Of a stretch of 64,000 nt of DNA, positions 37,136 to 49,803 are shown one piece after another (position 1 is the stretch's first letter; every line of letters starts with the position of its first letter). Source of the stretch: Eledone cirrhosa (Eukaryota); assembly GCA_964016885.1 (NCBI GenBank), contig OZ024741.1, positions 317,130,001 through 317,194,000 on the forward strand, in the 5' to 3' direction. Made by a program: the position numbers and the translations under genes. The notes beneath the pieces are model-generated. The model saw only the letters and a list, made by a program, of their open reading frames with translations. It did no database searches and was not told the DNA's origin.

Positions 37136-38142
37136 TATTGTTATACTTGGGGAGGGTCATATTTGTGTAATATTGCCAGAATTAATAACAGAACACTAAA
37201 ATCCCTGATCAGCAAAACCTACCCTTTTAAGAAAACCCACTGTACTAATAGGAAATGTATCATATGTAAAGTAAACACCCGGATAAACTGTAGAACTAGA
37301 AACGTAGTCTATAACATAAGATGTACAGAGGGTACTTGCAGAAACATGACAACAACATACGTAGGCGAGACAGCTCGTAGCATAGGTGAAAGGATAGACC
37401 AACACTGGGGGGAACTAAAAGGACGAAAAAACGGTTCAGTACTATACGAACATGCCAGACAACAATACGACGGTAACATAGACAACATAGAAATTAGAAT
37501 AATATCTAAACATAGAAATGACCCAGCAGATAGGCAAATCAGAGAGGCCAGTGAAATAGAACTTAGAAGGCCAAGGCTAATCAGAAATAATGAATGGAAT
37601 AACAACACCCAAACAAACAACACTGACCTGAGAGAAGTATAAATAAATAAATAAATAAATAGATAAATAAATAAATACATACACAAGCACAATAACAACA
37701 AACACATATAAACACACGCTAGTAAAGATAGAATACATTAACCAATACACAGTCAGCCAAACACGAACACACATCAAACAAAACACTATACACACACGCA
37801 AACGCATGCGCAAAGAAGACAAAAAATAAACAAATAAATAAATATATAAACAGACTAAATAAAGATGGCGTAGACATACGATGCAACGGTAGGAAACAAT
37901 AGCAACACTGACGATGTTGCAGATGTGTAACGAAAGAACTTTGATTGACTATATATATGTGTTTGTGTCTATATTGTATTTGTATTTTTTACCGTTGGTC
38001 AGTCAATGGCAACATTGAGGACCGAATAAATTAAATTAACCGATATAAAAGACACAGAAGCGAAAACCTACCAAACAGTGAGTGTGTTCTGTTATTAATT
38101 CTGGCAATATTACATAAATATGACCCTCCCCAAGTATAACAA
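37136..38142 (+). mobile_element. Penelope-like element 3' part (GIY-YIG plus pLTR) with a short inverted copy of its 3' end at the 5' side
   Basis: CxxxxCxxC..CRTRNVVYNIRC..YVGETARSIGERIDQH..RQIREA. Bases 37136-37196 are the reverse complement of ~38082-38142. Hammerhead at 37899-37952. Confidence 0.88.
37899..37952 (+). ncRNA. Minimal type I hammerhead ribozyme (Penelope pLTR)
   Basis: CTGACGA (37908), stem II gttgca/tgtaac, GAAA (37932), gaac, TT, and bulged stem I atagcaaca/tgattgactat. Confidence 0.7.
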
Positions 38143-38155
38143 TATATGTATATGC

Positions 38156-38257
<102 letters not shown>

Positions 38258-38382
38258 TCACACACAAATACACACACATACACTCATACACACATTCATA
38301 TATCCACTTCCTCCAAGCGTGAACCTAATATAATTTGCCTCCTAATATAAATTGCCTCCTGTGTCTTGTTTGTTTCTTTTAT

Positions 38383-38516
<134 letters not shown>

Positions 38517-38541
38517 CATATATTATATACATATATTATAT

Positions 38542-38645
<104 letters not shown>

Positions 38646-39190
38646 CATATATATATATTGTTTCTTTAATCTTCTCTATCTTTCTCTCCTCCCTCTCTGT
38701 CTCCTCCGCCCTCTTCTCCCCTTCTCTCTATAACTATGTGTCAGCCTCACAACCTCTGGAAAGTGCAGTAATTTCATGGTGACCGCGTTTGACCATTCAA
38801 CAATAGCAGAGTGACAGAGAGAGGGGGAGAGGAAGAGGATAGAAGACAGAGTTGAGTGAGAGAGGGTAAGGGAGAGTAAGAAAGGGAGAGAGGTGTGAGG
38901 CAATAGGAAGAGGAATGAGATAGGAAAGAGTTGCAAGTGGCCACATATTGCTTCCGTCGTTGTCTTCATACAGTCAATGATTTCCATCACTTCAATATCG
39001 ATTAGTTACACACACACACATGCATGCAAACCCGTACACGCACACACGTACATGCACACACGTACGCGTATGCACGTGAACGCACACGCACTATATGGAT
39101 ATATATGTGTGTGTGTGTATGTGTGACTGTACATGTGGGCCTATGTGCATATGTCTACCAGATACTTGAAATTGTGTATGTGTAAATGTG

Positions 39191-39221
<31 letters not shown>

Positions 39222-39222
<1 letters not shown>

Positions 39223-39416
39223 ACAAAGAAGGTGTGGTAAGATACCAGGTGGACCATAACGTACCAGAGTACTCAGTACTTAGGGCAGTAGAGTGGGTAA
39301 TAGGAAATAAGTCAGGACACCGACGGTTGAGCTCCGACCGTTTCGACAGCTCGATCCGAACAATTCGGATCTAGCTGTCGAAAAGTCCGGAGCTCAGTCG
39401 TCGGGCTCCTGACTCC

Positions 39417-39420
<4 letters not shown>
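39222..39420 (-). mobile_element. Fold-back pLTR-end insertion (half-hammerhead family, second subfamily)
   Basis: Palindrome centred on gatccgaa-caa-ttcggatc, with the diverged shared tail, in (TA)n. Confidence 0.62.
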
Positions 39421-39453
<33 letters not shown>

Positions 39454-39657
39454 AAAGTTCTATTTAATTGTTGACTATCCGGGAGCTTCCAACAGTAATG
39501 GTTGCATTTTTTAAGGGTATGTCAATATTTATTTATAAAACTGATCTATATTATATTTTGTCTGATGAAAGCACACCATAATTTAACTTGGTGTCCTTGA
39601 AATATGTATAATGAAATAAATATGGTTTTATAAATATAGTTTCCATTTGTTAATATC

Positions 39658-39717
<60 letters not shown>

Positions 39718-39990
39718 ATGTGTGTGTGTGCAGAAGTTATATTTAATTTATTGGGATACAACAAGCAAATATTTTTATAACTGATATAAAGTACTCAACA
39801 AATTTACAATATATTAACAAATTGAAACTATATATATATTGTTATACTTTGGGAGGGTCATGTTGTCAATAAGAAACACACGCACCATGGCTTTCGCTCC
39901 AATTTATTATAAATTAAATTATAAATTTAAGAAATTTATAAATTTCCGGTTTGTTGGTTGGTTCCACAACCGGACGGTTGTTCATATATT

Positions 39991-40033
39991 GTCAAAGTTC
40001 TGTCGTCACACATTCTGTGACCTCATCGGCGAC
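39991..40033 (-). ncRNA. Degenerate minimal hammerhead
   Basis: Sense gtcg-CCGATGA-g-gtcaca/tgtgac-GACA-gaac-TT-tgac. Two core substitutions. Confidence 0.5.
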
Positions 40034-40093
40034 CGGGGATTGTTTTCTTTGTTTTGTGCCTCTCCTTTGTTCTGTCCTGTCCTACGCCATCTT

Positions 40094-40198
<105 letters not shown>

Positions 40199-40439
40199 AC
40201 ATCATTTATGTGTGTGTATTTATATAAATTCTACTGGTTAGAGTATTTCTTTAATTTCTCACCAACAAAGAGAGATAGAGTGAGAGAGAAAGAGAGAGAC
40301 AGTTTCATTGAAATTTAGACAACATCAACTAAGAAATTTAGTATATGCAGGTATGAATGTCATTCTTGTGTGGATCTATGTTTTGAGATATCTGTGCGCA
40401 TATACATATGTTTCTGTATCTATACATGTGTATATGTAA

Positions 40440-40830
40440 TTATAACATGATGAATTTCTTAAATGTTCTACATATTTTTATAGTTCCTATTATGGACTGT
40501 ACTTCAAAACTCTTAAATAGCCCTGCTCATTCTTGATCTGTGAAACCCAGAGCCCCAACAATCACAGGTACAAATCTAAAGGTATAACTGCGTTGGAGTA
40601 TCATCAGATTCCTCATTAGTTAATAAATGTTTTTTCACTAATCTTTAACATTATATTGACATCTGCAGGGCAACTGAGTTCCACGACTGTACACGCTTTC
40701 TTTTATCTGTCTCATATCACTATGCCTGGTCAGTTATGTTTATATTTTATAGGGGTTTTTATTGGAACATTCCACTTCTACTCTTTCATATTATGTGTGC
40801 GAATGTACTCCACATCGCGATAACGTTTTA
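40440..40830 (-). mobile_element. R4-like RLE non-LTR 3' relic, highly degraded
   Basis: Hand translation: WNVPIKT..KHN*PGIVI*DR*KKACTVVELSCPADVNI..FVPVIVGALG. Confidence 0.7.
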
Positions 40831-41087
40831 TATTTTATCCTCAAGACTATCCTAAGTATGTATTCATGGATGGATGGATATGTATATATGTGTATATGTA
40901 TGGTTGTGTGTATGCATGTATGTATGTGTGTGTATATGTGTGTTTCTATGTACTTGTAAGTATGTTTATGTATACGTATGTATATATGTGAATAAATATA
41001 TCTATTCATATATGTATATATATATATAAATATATATACGTGTATATATGTATGTATATATATATATGTATATATATATATGTATGT

Positions 41088-41603
41088 CAGGTCACCAGTT
41101 GGTGCTACTGGTAACATGTATCCCAGTACAACCTGTCTCATGGTCGGGTCGTTGGCGACTAAACTGGCAACCCCACCTGTCAAAGGGCAAAGGAGCTCTT
41201 AAGAGTCAATGGCCATCCAAAATCACCGGGAGAGATGACCCCTTAGCCTTTGTCAAGGCAGAATTCTAGGAGAAGGAAAACTCTGATATAACACCTGCAA
41301 CCCTGATGGTATCCAATGATGTTGACTTGTTTCTTTCTTTTTGACTTGTTCTTCTTTTTGCTCACTATAAAAGCTTCACGGCACAGGCATTGCTTTATAT
41401 CTGGAGATCTCTCTGCACTTGACGTCACATGGTACCATGGGCCCAGCACTATGTGTCAATAATTGTCACAAGTATAGTGTTTGTACTAGAGTTTTCAAGT
41501 CGCTGGCTGGACTAAAAAGTCACACTCGTTCAGCGCATCGGTAGGGGTTCTCCTACATGGATATAAGGTAGTGGCCGTACTCGAAAACGAGTTGGCAGCC
41601 ACC
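41088..41603 (+). mobile_element. Bipartite non-autonomous RTE-derived element (5'UTR joined to the 3' end)
   Basis: Has the RTE-type 5'UTR motif ctaggagaaggaaaactctga. Its 3' end matches 61111-61290. Related copies at 47670-48135, 48232-48836 and 57515-57990. Confidence 0.7.
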
Positions 41604-41993
41604 ATATATACGTGTATATATATGTTTGTATATATATATATACATATATATATATATGTACACAAAAGCTATAAATCCCACCAGTCATTTCAATGAGCCT
41701 CTCCTGTCAATTTAAACAATCAGAGCATCATGTTATAAATTTAAAACGTCGGTAGCATTCGTTGAATTGATTGACTCTATGTATTCCTTCAACGTTAGCT
41801 TCTCTTCATATCTCATTAAGTTAAACTATATCTCATTTCTGGTCCTCCATTACTCTTTATCCATGGCCACTTCCCATACCAATGTCGCCATTCTTTTTCC
41901 TACTCCTTCTCTTTCTTTTATCTCTTCGCCTCTCTATTTTTGGGTCTACCCCTCGCTTACTATCTCTTCCTCTCACTATTTCCCTCTCTCTGA

Positions 41994-42033
<40 letters not shown>

Positions 42034-42034
<1 letters not shown>

Positions 42035-42214
42035 ACGAAGGAAATGTGGTAAGGAACCAGGTGGACCATAACGCACCAAAGTACTCAATACTTAGGGTAG
42101 TAGAGTGGGTAATAGGAACAAGTAAGACCCCGACGGCTGAGCTCAAGCCGTTTCGACGGCTAATTCTGGACTAGCCGTCGAAACGGCTTGAGCTCAGCCG
42201 TCGGGGTCTTACTT

Positions 42215-42217
<3 letters not shown>
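42034..42217 (-). mobile_element. Fold-back pLTR-end insertion (half-hammerhead family)
   Basis: Same tail and palindrome as 35897-36100, in (TA)n. Confidence 0.65.
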
Positions 42218-42292
<75 letters not shown>

Positions 42293-42298
42293 TTGTAC

Positions 42299-42337
<39 letters not shown>

Positions 42338-42408
42338 AAAGATAAACAAAGATAACAAAGTAAACGAGGAAATATATCAATTTAATGCTTGATGTAGTAG
42401 GAAAATAG

Positions 42409-42444
42409 TCTCAATGTTTCAGATACTAGTCCTTCGTCAGAAGA
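42409..42444 (-). ncRNA. Degenerate minimal hammerhead
   Basis: Sense tctt-CTGACGA-a-gga/tct-GAAA-ca-TT-gaga. Confidence 0.45.
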
Positions 42445-42564
42445 TGGAATGTGAAATAAAAGAAGAAATAGAAAGATAGAGAGTTGGAAGAGGAAGGAAC
42501 GAAAAACGCATGTGTTCTTAGTCAGTCATTTTGATATATATATGTGTGTGTGTGTGTTTCTCTT

Positions 42565-42595
<31 letters not shown>

Positions 42596-42635
42596 TCCTC
42601 TCTCTCACACCCCCTCTCTCTCTATATATATATAC

Positions 42636-42831
42636 ATCAGAATGGAAGCGGTAAAAACCAGTTAGACCATTACTCACGAGAGTACTCGATATTTGGGGTT
42701 GTAGAGTGGGTGATATGAAAAATTCGGGACTCCGATGGCTGAGCTTCTGCCGTTTCAACAGCTAGATCCGAACGGTTCGGATTTAGCTGTTGAAACGGCA
42801 GGAGCTCAGCCGTCAGGGACCCAAAGTTTTC
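42636..42831 (-). mobile_element. Fold-back pLTR-end insertion (half-hammerhead family, diverged)
   Basis: Palindrome centred on atccgaac-g-gttcggat, with a diverged tail. Confidence 0.6.
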
Positions 42832-42996
42832 ATATATATATATATAGTAATAATAGTAATTATGAAGACCAAAATCACGTAATAGGGTGAAAGTAGCGAT
42901 TCTTTGCTTAAACTTTAGTCTGTACTAATAATATATATGTATATATATATATATATAAATTACACAATTATCAAAGTTATGTTCAAATCATTTTAT

Positions 42997-43043
42997 TGCT
43001 GACAATCGTTTCTTCCAAACTTTCGTTTGGAATCATCGGAGCA
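42997..43043 (-). ncRNA. Minimal type I hammerhead ribozyme
   Basis: Sense tgct-CCGATGA-ttccaaac(gaaa)gtttggaa-GAAA-cgattg-TC-agca. Perfect 8-bp stem II, near-palindromic stem III, GUC site, U4C variant. Confidence 0.72.
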
Positions 43044-43823
43044 TTAGCAATGTTTATACATATCCTATTCAACTGAACAATCATATGGATACATATATAT
43101 TGATGTTGTGAACAACAGTTTCGTATTTACAGGGTGGAATGGATGCGACATATATTATACGAGAATTGTACAATAATTTAAATTAAAATTAAAAGCACAG
43201 AGTGGAATACATGGGACAGATAATACAAGGGAATAGTCTAATAATTAAAGAGGCATTGAGGAAGAATGAGGACACTAGCAGTACATATGCAAGCCTGTAG
43301 AGAGTGCACATGCGTTAGTCATATATATGAAGGAAACAAGCAAAGGTATTAGGCCTATATAAATACTGTATGGCAAAGGTATCACATAAAATAACACAGG
43401 TATACAAGCATATCAAGCAAAGGTGTTAGTGTATTAAAATTATGGTGGATGTAATGTGATGATTATTTCTGTAGTGTTCAAATGTGTATGTGTTGAGAGT
43501 ATCAAAGTTATTGTTATCTTTTCCATTACATATGTTAAATTATATATTAGTTGATGTTTATATTGAATGTTTTTAGTTAGTTATAGCAATGGATTGTAAA
43601 TTGGTCTTATTGTATTCTTATCCATGGATTAGAGTTGTTCTACAGCGAGTTTTTCTAGCGGTTTATTTTCCGGAAGTGAGTATGAGATCCAAAATTAAGG
43701 GGAGCTAACGCGTAAGGGGGAGTTACTAGCTAATTAAATTAAATTATATAGGAAAGTATCAATTATTTAAATTCTTTGCTCTAATATACATTATATTGCG
43801 TTACAAGTGAATCCCTTCTATAT

Positions 43824-44521
43824 AATTGTTTCTACTTTTGGCACAAGGCCAGCAATTACTCAGTACATTACTGGTACTTTATTTTATCGACCCCGTAAGG
43901 ATGAAAGGCAAAGTTAACCTCGGCGGGATTTGAACTCAGAATGATAAGGGCCGTAACTCTATGCGTCAAAGCATGACGTCCGACCCTCTACCGATACTGC
44001 CAATCCATCTATATAATGTTATTTATTTATATTTAATTTTAAATACAGTCTATTTTCCTATAATACTATATTCCTATATTCCTATAATCCTATATTCCTG
44101 CTCTGTAAAACACCTGATGTTCTTACATTGAGCTATTTCTCTTAGTAGTAATAAGGTAGTAATAAATTACTGACCTTTCCTGTTTATAGTTGTTTATAGT
44201 ATATACATAACTGTGGATTGGCAGTATCGGTAGAGGGTAGGACGCCATGCTTTCCAGCATAGTTACGTCCCTTTACGATCTGAGTTCAAATCCCGCCGAG
44301 GTTGACTTTGCCTTTCATCCTTACGGGGTCGATAAAATAAAGTACCAGTAATGGACTGGTTAATTTGCTGGCCTTGTGCCTAAAGTAGAAACAATTATTA
44401 TTATGTATCCCGCTGAGGTTAACTTTGCTTTTCATCCTTATGGGGTCGTTAAAATAAAGTACCAGTAATACACTGAGATAATTGCTGGCCTTGTGCCAAA
44501 AGTAGAAACAATTATTATTAT
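43824..44521. mobile_element. Cluster of family-1 SINEs: 43824-44007 (-), 44212-44404 (+), 44408-44521 (+, partial)
   Basis: Box A and box B, shared body and (ATT)n tails. Confidence 0.88.
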
Positions 44522-44686
44522 GTATATATATATATATATATATATGAAAAAATGAAAAGAATTACTTCACTTGTAGTTCTAAACAATTTAATTTTACAAA
44601 ATAAAATTGTTTACAACTTCAAGTGAAGTCATTCTTTTCATTTTTACAAATATACCCAACACTACCAAGGATTTCACACATTTTCC

Positions 44687-44739
<53 letters not shown>

Positions 44740-44971
44740 CGCGCGGGCGTGTGTGCGGCCGCGTCCGTTTACGTTTCTGTTTGTGTCTGCATTTGAGTTT
44801 AAGGTCATATCTAGCGGATCGGCAAACAGCGATCGATAAAATAAAAACTAGGGTCGATAAAATATGCACTCGGGTCGATATGATTAACTAAAATCATTTA
44901 ATGAGGCGCTCCAGACTGGCCGCATTCTAATGACTGAAACCAATAAATGATATATATGTATGTGTATGTGT

Positions 44972-45055
<84 letters not shown>

Positions 45056-45237
45056 GTGCGTGTGTGTGTGTGTATGCGTCTATCCCTTTGTCTATCTGTT
45101 CCTCTCTCAATCTATCTATGAATATACCTATCCTTATAGCTGTTCCCTCAAAAAACTTCCTTGTACTTTACACTTTTCTCCTGCCTCTCTCCTTCCCACT
45201 CTGATTTACTCTTTCATTATTTTTCTCTCTCCTCTTA

Positions 45238-45324
<87 letters not shown>

Positions 45325-45376
45325 CCCTCTCTCTCTCTCTCTCACTCTTTCTCTCTCACACTCTATTTCATATATA

Positions 45377-45556
<180 letters not shown>

Positions 45557-45683
45557 CATATATATATATATACATATATATATATACATATATATATTTC
45601 TCTTATTCGCATTCCCCCGTCCGTGTTTCTATCAATCACTCAACTCTCTGTTACTATTATATAACTATGTATATATAGAACTT

Positions 45684-46050
45684 ACCTTCCTATATAAAAT
45701 ATCTACCCTGATACTATAAATTTATCACGTGACGACAGACTCTACCGCCACCACTACCTAATCCACCCGTTCGCCACCTGACCCAGCATTCTCATCTAGT
45801 AAATGACGTCACTGACAACACACCACGTGATTGTTCACCCCTAATTCTCTCTCTCTCTCCTTCTCTCTCTCTCCCTCTCTCTCTCTCTCCCTCTCTCCCC
45901 TCTCTCTCCCTCTATCTAAACTATTCTTTCTAACAATGGCACAAGGTCAGCAATTTAGTGTGTGTGTGTGGGAGGGGGAGAAAGATAAGCCGATTACATC
46001 AACCCCACTACTACTACCACTACAACTACCACTACCCACTACTACTACTG

Positions 46051-46103
<53 letters not shown>

Positions 46104-46300
46104 GCTACTACTACTGCCACTACTACAATTACTATTTTTATTGTCATCATTACTCTAATTGATAATAATAATAATAGTAATAATAATTATTATTACTATT
46201 ATTATTAAAATTAAGAAACCATTATTATTATTATAACCCGTAGTCCGAAACTCTGACGTCATTTTCGAACTATCACATGACGTCAACTCTCATCACATGA
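45684..46300 (-). promoter_or_regulatory. Candidate host promoter or enhancer (CRE and E-box cluster) with a downstream minus-strand splice donor
   Basis: TGACGTCA x3 (45804, 46254, 46278), CACGTG x2 (45726, 45824), TCACATGA x2 (46273, 46293), and GAAG|GTAAGT on the minus strand at 45686/45685. Confidence 0.45.
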
Positions 46301-46390
46301 TATGACACCGAGTGAACCACCTGACTAGTAACAACACACTGTTGCTACCCAAGTGATATCTATCTATCTATCTATCTGTCTATCTATCTA

Positions 46391-46479
46391 TGATAACATT
46401 TTACACGTTTTTATTGTATGTAAACTTCCCCCTTTGTATTTGTCCCCTTCTTTTGTTCCCCTGTGGCTAATAAAGAAAT
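46391..46479 (+). mobile_element. Tx1-type 3'-terminal fragment inserted in (TATC)n
   Basis: Ends cccctgtggctaataaagaaat, like copies A-C (CCCTTGTRGYYAATAAAGAAAT), but is flanked by (TATC)n on both sides. Confidence 0.55.
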
Positions 46480-46480
46480 A

Positions 46481-46543
<63 letters not shown>

Positions 46544-46566
46544 ATATCTATCTATCTATCTATCTA

Positions 46567-46729
<163 letters not shown>

Positions 46730-46746
46730 ATATTTATATATATTTA

Positions 46747-46784
<38 letters not shown>

Positions 46785-47036
46785 TAGATATATATATATA
46801 GATATATATATATGTGTATATATATGTGTGTATATATATATATATATATACATATATATATAGAGAGAGAGGGGAGAGAGAGAGAGAGAGAGAGAGATGT
46901 ATGAGTATGTATGTGTGCAATATACCTGTTTACAACATGCCAGGGTCTCCAATGATACTAAACCATTGAATATTTTCTCATGATAAACACTATTGATGTG
47001 CATTTCACCAGTGTGTGTACTAGGTAGAATGTATGA

Positions 47037-47116
<80 letters not shown>

Positions 47117-47203
47117 GCATGCGTGTATGTATATATAAAAACCTTGCCCAGACTTGTGCCTCGGAGGGGAACATTCTAGTTGCAAATTCCATGGACATTA
47201 TAT

Positions 47204-47280
<77 letters not shown>

Positions 47281-47284
47281 AGAG

Positions 47285-47562
47285 TAAAGACACCCTTCGG
47301 TCACGAATGACCATGGGATTTGCACCTAGAAAGTTACCCTCCGAGGTACAAGTCCGGACAAGTGGCCCATGCATACCAGTCTGTCTGCCCCCTCTACACG
47401 ACCGATGTTGTCCAGAGGAAAGGCAAAGGCTGATACAGCTTGACAACATTGACGTCGCAACTCATTTCTACACGTGGAGCAACGCAAAGCCCAGTCCGAG
47501 AATCGAACTCACAACCTCATGATTGTAAGCCCGGCACTCTAACCACTAAGCCATGTGCCTTC
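47285..47562 (-). mobile_element. tRNA-derived SINE (family 2)
   Basis: Sense head TGGCTTAGTGG (box A) .. GAGTTCGATTC (box B) in a tRNA-like arrangement, followed by a non-tRNA body. Confidence 0.8.
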
Positions 47563-47581
47563 ACACGCGCACACATGTATG

Positions 47582-47673
<92 letters not shown>

Positions 47674-48921
47674 CACACTTGAGTGTTACTGGTAACATGC
47701 GACCCAGTACAACCAGTCTCATGGTCGGGTCGTCGGCGACTAAACCGGCAACCTCACCAAGCCTGCTTGGTGAGGAGGGTGATATTTAGACACCCTGCGG
47801 GATGAAATACAACACACAGCAAAGGGCGGGGGAACTCAGCAGAGTTAACGGCCATCCAAATAGTGCTTCCCCCCCCCACCTGGTAGTGAAAGGCCCCCAG
47901 TTGTTGTCACAACACCTTTCTAAGAGAGGGAAACTTTGAAAAGAAAACCTGCAGCTTCGCAAGCATCCGATGATGTTGACCAGTTCTCTTTTCTAGTAGT
48001 GTTTTCGATGCTCAGAGAGTGGGATTGGTCGAGTGAAAGGCCTTTCCCCACTTAAAAAACCTTCAAAGCACTGGCATTGCTTGTTCAAGATCTGTTTAAA
48101 GCGATTGCAATACTCTTAGCAGAGTTTGCAGCCATTATATATGTATATATATGTATATATATGTATATATATGTATATATATGTATATGTATGTATATAT
48201 ATGTGTGTGTGTGTATGTATGTATGTATGTATTGAGTGCTACTGGTAACATGTAACCCAGTACAACCTGTCGCAACGGGTCGAGTCGTCGGTGACTAAAC
48301 CGGCAACCCCACCAAGTTTACTTGGTGAGGAGGGGGATTTTGGACACCCTGCAGGACAAAAAACAAAACCTGACAAAGGGCGGAAGAACTCATAAGAGTC
48401 AACGGCCATCCAAAAGTGTGTAAATATGTATATACACATGTACATATGTATGTATATGTATATGCGTATATACATGGGTGCATGTGTATGTATATGCACG
48501 GGGACATAGAAATAGTCGGGCTGGACACCCGATCGCGCGGTTAAACCACTGGGAGTGAAGGACCCCTAGCCTTTGTCAGGTCATTCTTCTAGGAGAAGGC
48601 AACTCAGGAAACTGGGATAACTCCGATATAAAACCCGTGGCTCAGTAGTTACCGATGATGTTGATCCTTTCTGCTTTTCGGGTTATAGCTACTGTCGCTC
48701 AGAGAGTGGGATTGGCTCGGTGCACAGTCTTTCCGCACTTTAAAAAATATCTTCACGCACAGGCATTGCACGATAGAATTAATTAATAATGGTATATCGT
48801 GCAATGGTCATACTCGATAACGAGGGGGCAGCCATTATATATATATATGTGTGTGTGTGCGTGTGTGTGTGTTTATATATATACAAGAAATACTGAAGTT
48901 AAATGATGGGTTCGCTGATTA

Positions 48922-49369
48922 CACTGGTCATCGCACTTTTGCTGACTTAGGTTTTGTTGTTGTCTATAGCTAATTTTGAGGCGCTGATTTTGAATATGGC
49001 ATCCATTTTTCCAAACACAAAAGGTTTTCATAAACACAGGAAACACAGATATTTAGTATACCCTCCTTGTTGTCCATGTGAAAACGTGACGTGATAGAAA
49101 AAAAAGTATTGCCATTTTTAAACAGCGGTCCCAAATTGCTCAAGAACAGGTCTCAAACTTTGGTCAGTAGAACAAAAAGCAAGACTTTGTTGACCAGTCT
49201 GCTATCTCTTGTAGCTATGGGTGGGTCAAATATGACCCAGCCCATAGATAGTGATTTGACGTGATAGAAAAAAAGTATTGTCATTTTTAAACTCAGGCCC
49301 CCAAAATTGCTCAAGAACAGGTCTCAAATTTAGGTCAGTAGAAAAAAAGCAAAATTTTGTTGACCAGTG
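48922..49369. mobile_element. Non-autonomous DNA transposon, Chapaev-like, with a duplicated right end
   Basis: TIRs cactggtca / tgaccagtg, flanks tta/tca. The ~110-bp right subterminal block occurs twice (49086-49198, 49257-49369). Superfamily assignment is from recall of CAC-start termini. Confidence 0.55.
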
Positions 49370-49803
49370 TCATATTTAGAGCTCAGCAATTGAGACGAGT
49401 CATTACACCAGGGCTATATTCCGACAGTTTGGTGAAATACCCAGTTCTCATGCAGCAATATTCGATGTACTACATGAGTTCTGTGGTACAGAGCACACTG
49501 ATAATGATATATATATATATATACATTGGCGCACTGGGTATATATATTGGTTGCCGGGAAGAGACAAGGGGGCCCACACACAACTACAATTCTATCATTT
49601 AATTCTTATATGGAATAATTTTTTTTTAATCCTCTCTATTTCTGTGTATGCAATTGACCGTAAAATTGTAAAGTAAAGATTCGGATTACAGAACGTATCA
49701 AAAATGTCTTACATTCTCCAATAAAAAAGATCTTGTGGAATATACACACCCACAAAATAACAATTAATGAGCTTCGGTTTTCACACGTAATGCGCAGTGA
49801 AGG

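Noticed and set aside
41088-41175. HDV-like ribozyme at the 5' end of RTE-derived elements
   Set aside because: Hairpins and a CTAA-actgg segment are suggestive, but P1, P3 and P1.1 could not be assembled consistently across copies by eye.
47490-47562. tRNA gene (also the SINE heads at 44212 and 58746)
   Set aside because: Box A and B are present, but they continue into SINE bodies and lack a clean acceptor stem, so they are called SINE heads.
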